Positions 61,590 to 64,000 of a stretch of DNA of 64,000 nucleotides are shown here, piece after piece. The position numbers and the translations under genes were made by a program. Each line of letters starts with the position of its first letter. Position 1 is the first letter of the stretch. Origin of the DNA: Terriglobia bacterium (GTDB lineage: Bacteria > Acidobacteriota > Terriglobia > Acidiferrales > UBA7541); contig OY968796.1 in assembly GCA_963695545.1 (NCBI GenBank), forward strand, positions 3,008,001 through 3,072,000. The letters run 5' to 3'. The notes beneath the pieces were generated by a model. That model was not told the DNA's origin. It did not search any database and saw nothing but the letters and a program-made list of their open reading frames with translations.

Positions 61590-61822
61590 TTGACGCTACT
61601 ATGCATTTCTGATACACTTCTTCGTGTTCACCGCCACCAATTCGAATTATTTCCCCGTTTCGCACTCTCAAGTACATTTGTCTTCAATCGGTTACAAAAG
61701 AGTGCGCATCTCATTGCACGCACGCACTTTCAACTCCCTGTGTTTTCACACTCATGCGCACTCTTTTGCTGCATGTCCCTTATTTTCACTACTTACGCAA
61801 AACATGCCGGGTGTATATAGGG
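61590..61822 (+). repeat. Dispersed intergenic element, copy C
   Basis: TTGACG-N17-TACACT; 15-bp perfect inverted repeat CAAAAGAGTGCGCAT (61695)/ATGCGCACTCTTTTG (61754); ends CCGGGTGTATATAGGG. Confidence 0.75.
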
Positions 61823-61938
61823 GATATATTTCCAGAATTTATCTTCTTGGTTTTCTTGCAGATACGGCGGGGCGCATAACCGCATTCTACACGAGGGAAC
61901 GCATACGCAGTCCGCGGCGCGCGGCAATCGACTGGGCT

Positions 61939-62811
61939 CTACCTCTCGCCCCACTTCAACTTGTCGCGCAAAATCTCGTAGTACGTCTGCCGCTCCGGCC
62001 GCACCAACCGCAGCCGTTCCGCCGCGCGCGTTACCACCACGCGGTCTCCGGATTCGAGCTTGATCCCGATCTGTCCATCGACCGTCAGATACACCGCTTC
62101 CTGGCCGCGAGCCAGCACTTCAATGCGCGCCGCATCCGGCACAACCAGCGGCCGATTTGTGAGCGTGTGTGGGCAGATCGGGGTCACCACCAGCGCCTCG
62201 ACCAGCGGATGCACGATCGGTCCGCCCGCGGAGAGCGAATACGCGGTCGATCCGGTCGGCGTGGAAAGTATCAGGCCGTCGGCTTTGTAGCAGCAGACGA
62301 ATTGGCCGTTGATCGTGAGTTCAAGATCCAGAATCCGCGAGAGCGCGCCCTTGTTGATCACCGCGTCATTCAGCGCCCGCTGACGCTCGATCACACTCCC
62401 GTCCCGCGTCACTTCCACGCCCAGCATCACGCGCTCGCTGATGCGGTTCTTGTGGCTGAACACTTCTTCCAGGATTGGATAGAGCTCCTCGAGCGTCACG
62501 CTGGTCAAAAATCCCAGGCCGCCGAGGTTCACCGGAAGAATCGGCACGCCGCGAGGGTTTTCAAGTCGCGCTGCGGCGATCAGCGTTCCGTCTCCGCCCA
62601 GCACGATCATCAAATCGACCAGGCCCGGCAGGTCTTCGCGCTTCCGCTCGTCCGCGCGTGGCGCGCACGCAACCGACGCGGCGGTCTCCGGATCCACGTA
62701 CATTTTCACGCCGCGCGCAGCCAGCCAATCGAGCAGCGCCGGCACAACCTTCGAGATGTCCGCGCGCCGCGGCCGCGCGATGATGCCCACAGTGCGGATG
62801 GAGTCGCTCAC
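61939..62811 (-). CDS. nadK: NAD(+) kinase
   Basis: LGGDGT, LGFL, ALND, DGLILSTPTGSTAYSLSAGGP. Confidence 0.95.
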   Translation of the reverse strand: MSDSIRTVGIIARPRRADISKVVPALLDWLAARGVKMYVDPETAASVACAPRADERKREDLPGLVDLMIVLGGDGTLIAAARLENPRGVPILPVNLGGLGFLTSVTLEELYPILEEVFSHKNRISERVMLGVEVTRDGSVIERQRALNDAVINKGALSRILDLELTINGQFVCCYKADGLILSTPTGSTAYSLSAGGPIVHPLVEALVVTPICPHTLTNRPLVVPDAARIEVLARGQEAVYLTVDGQIGIKLESGDRVVVTRAAERLRLVRPERQTYYEILRDKLKWGER

Positions 62812-62876
62812 GAGCGCATTCTACCGCATCGAGCCGCCGCTCCGGAAATTCCGTGTCATCGGAACGCTGCGGCGAA

Positions 62877-63656
62877 TCATGAAGTCGGCGCACGCGCATC
62901 GCGGCCGCGCGCGTACAGGAAAAATTCCTGGTTGCCTTCCGCGCCGGCCAGACGCGACGCGCGCACTCCCACAATTTCGAGCCCCGCCGCAACGGCCGCC
63001 GCCCGCACGCGTTCGATCGCGCGTTCGTGCAACGCCGCGTCGCGCACGATGCCTCCCGCGCCGACGTCGCCGCGCGGCAACTCGAATTGCGGCTTCACCA
63101 GTATCAAAAAGTCCGCCCGGGGCGAAACCGCCGCGACGATAGCCGGCAGAATTGCGGCCACGGAAATAAACGACACGTCCACCGTCACGATTTCCGCCGC
63201 CACGCCGCCCAAATCGCTGGCCCGCAGATACCGCGCGTTCCGTTCGACCGGCGCAACGCGCGCATCCTGCCGCAATCTCCAATCCAATTGGTCCGAGCTC
63301 ACGTCCACCGCGTACACGCGCTGCGCGCCGCGCTGCAACATGCAATCGGTAAATCCGCCCGTCGAAACGCCCACATCGAGGCAAATCTTGCCGGAAACGC
63401 TAACGCCGAAATCTTCGAGCGCGCCTTCAAGTTTAATTCCGCCGCGGCTCGCATATCGCGTAGCGCCGCCCGCGATTTCGATCCGCGCGCCGACGGGAAC
63501 CAGCGCCCCGGCCTTCACGCGCTCAAGGCCCGCGACGCGAACTTCGCCGGCAAGGATCATCGCCTGCGCCTTCTGCTGCGATTCCGCGAGCCCGCGTTCC
63601 ACCAGCAGCGCATCCAGGCGCCTCGTTTCACTTTTTTTCTTTTTTGTTGGAGTCAC
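62877..63656 (-). CDS. tlyA: TlyA family rRNA 2'-O-methyltransferase
   Basis: S4 domain RLDALLV, YASRGGIKL, STGGFTD, DVSFIS, LVKPQFE, GNQEF. Confidence 0.93.
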   Translation of the reverse strand: MTPTKKKKSETRRLDALLVERGLAESQQKAQAMILAGEVRVAGLERVKAGALVPVGARIEIAGGATRYASRGGIKLEGALEDFGVSVSGKICLDVGVSTGGFTDCMLQRGAQRVYAVDVSSDQLDWRLRQDARVAPVERNARYLRASDLGGVAAEIVTVDVSFISVAAILPAIVAAVSPRADFLILVKPQFELPRGDVGAGGIVRDAALHERAIERVRAAAVAAGLEIVGVRASRLAGAEGNQEFFLYARGRDARAPTS

Positions 63657-63689
63657 AACGATTCGCCGCGTCGCGTCGCGCGAAATCCG

Positions 63690-64000
63690 TCAGGCTCGGC
63701 GCAATGCAATGAATTCGCCGAGCGCGCGAAGATTCGCCGCGCGATCGCCATACACATCGAGCGCCGAAAGCGCTGTGCCTGCCAGCCCCTCCGCGAATTC
63801 GTGCGAGCGCGCAAGACCGTACAACGCCGGATACGTCGCCTTATTCTGCGCCTGGTCTTTCCCCGCAGTTTTTCCGAGCGACGCCGAAGTCTCTTCGACA
63901 TCCAGAATGTCGTCCACCACCTGGAACGCCCACCCAATGTTTTCGCCGAACTCGCGCAGCCGCGCAACATCCGCGTCGTCCGCGCCGCCGCACAGCGCCC
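63690..64000 (-). CDS. ispA: Polyprenyl (farnesyl) diphosphate synthase, 3' part only
   Basis: GWAFQVVDDILD...LGKTAGKD...KATYP; typical ispA-tlyA-nadK order. Confidence 0.88.
   Translation of the reverse strand, partial: ALCGGADDADVARLREFGENIGWAFQVVDDILDVEETSASLGKTAGKDQAQNKATYPALYGLARSHEFAEGLAGTALSALDVYGDRAANLRALGEFIALRRA

Noticed and set aside
61452..61820. Protein encoded by the dispersed element (QFELF, SAHLI and YAKH shared with the frame at 38613)
   Set aside because: Homologous nucleotides are read in different frames in copy A and in part of copy B, so the peptide similarity follows from DNA similarity.

Overview
GC-rich bacterial chromosomal window, most likely Acidobacteriota (inferred from a PadR plus three tandem orphan MacB-type 'ADOP' permeases, an Oar-like TonB-dependent receptor and a YXWGXW-repeat protein). 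From left to right it holds: (1) a truncated IclR-HTH/sugar-binding regulator and a lipoprotein; (2) tRNA-Lys(TTT) carrying a compact ~6.65 kb integrated element bounded by a 23-bp att duplication, with a PD-(D/E)XK nuclease, a small partner ORF, vapBC, an IS3/IS407-type IS, TetR, an RHH-like regulator, xis and a tyrosine integrase; (3) an accessory stretch of hydrolases, VOC proteins, a ClC channel, idnD/yiaK-like genes and DUF3300/DUF2950; (4) a pqqABCDE cluster including the 25-aa pqqA missed by the ORF track; (5) USP, ackA, Crp, a histidine kinase and a response regulator; (6) hpt-rpiB-deoC-PP2C-lysA, the permease array, nadK, tlyA and part of ispA. The most unusual signal is a family of three dispersed ~230-310 bp intergenic elements (near 3.5, 38.3 and 61.6 kb). 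Each has its own sigma70-like promoter firing into a conserved long inverted repeat and a conserved end motif, with no conserved reading frame, so it is a candidate multicopy ncRNA or non-autonomous element. Other leads are microcompartment-type N-terminal extensions on RpiB/DeoC without shell genes, a two-gene candidate defence module in the island, and a small terminated unit containing a perfect 13-nt match to the 16S 3' end. All product calls come from reading motifs by eye; no database searches were run.
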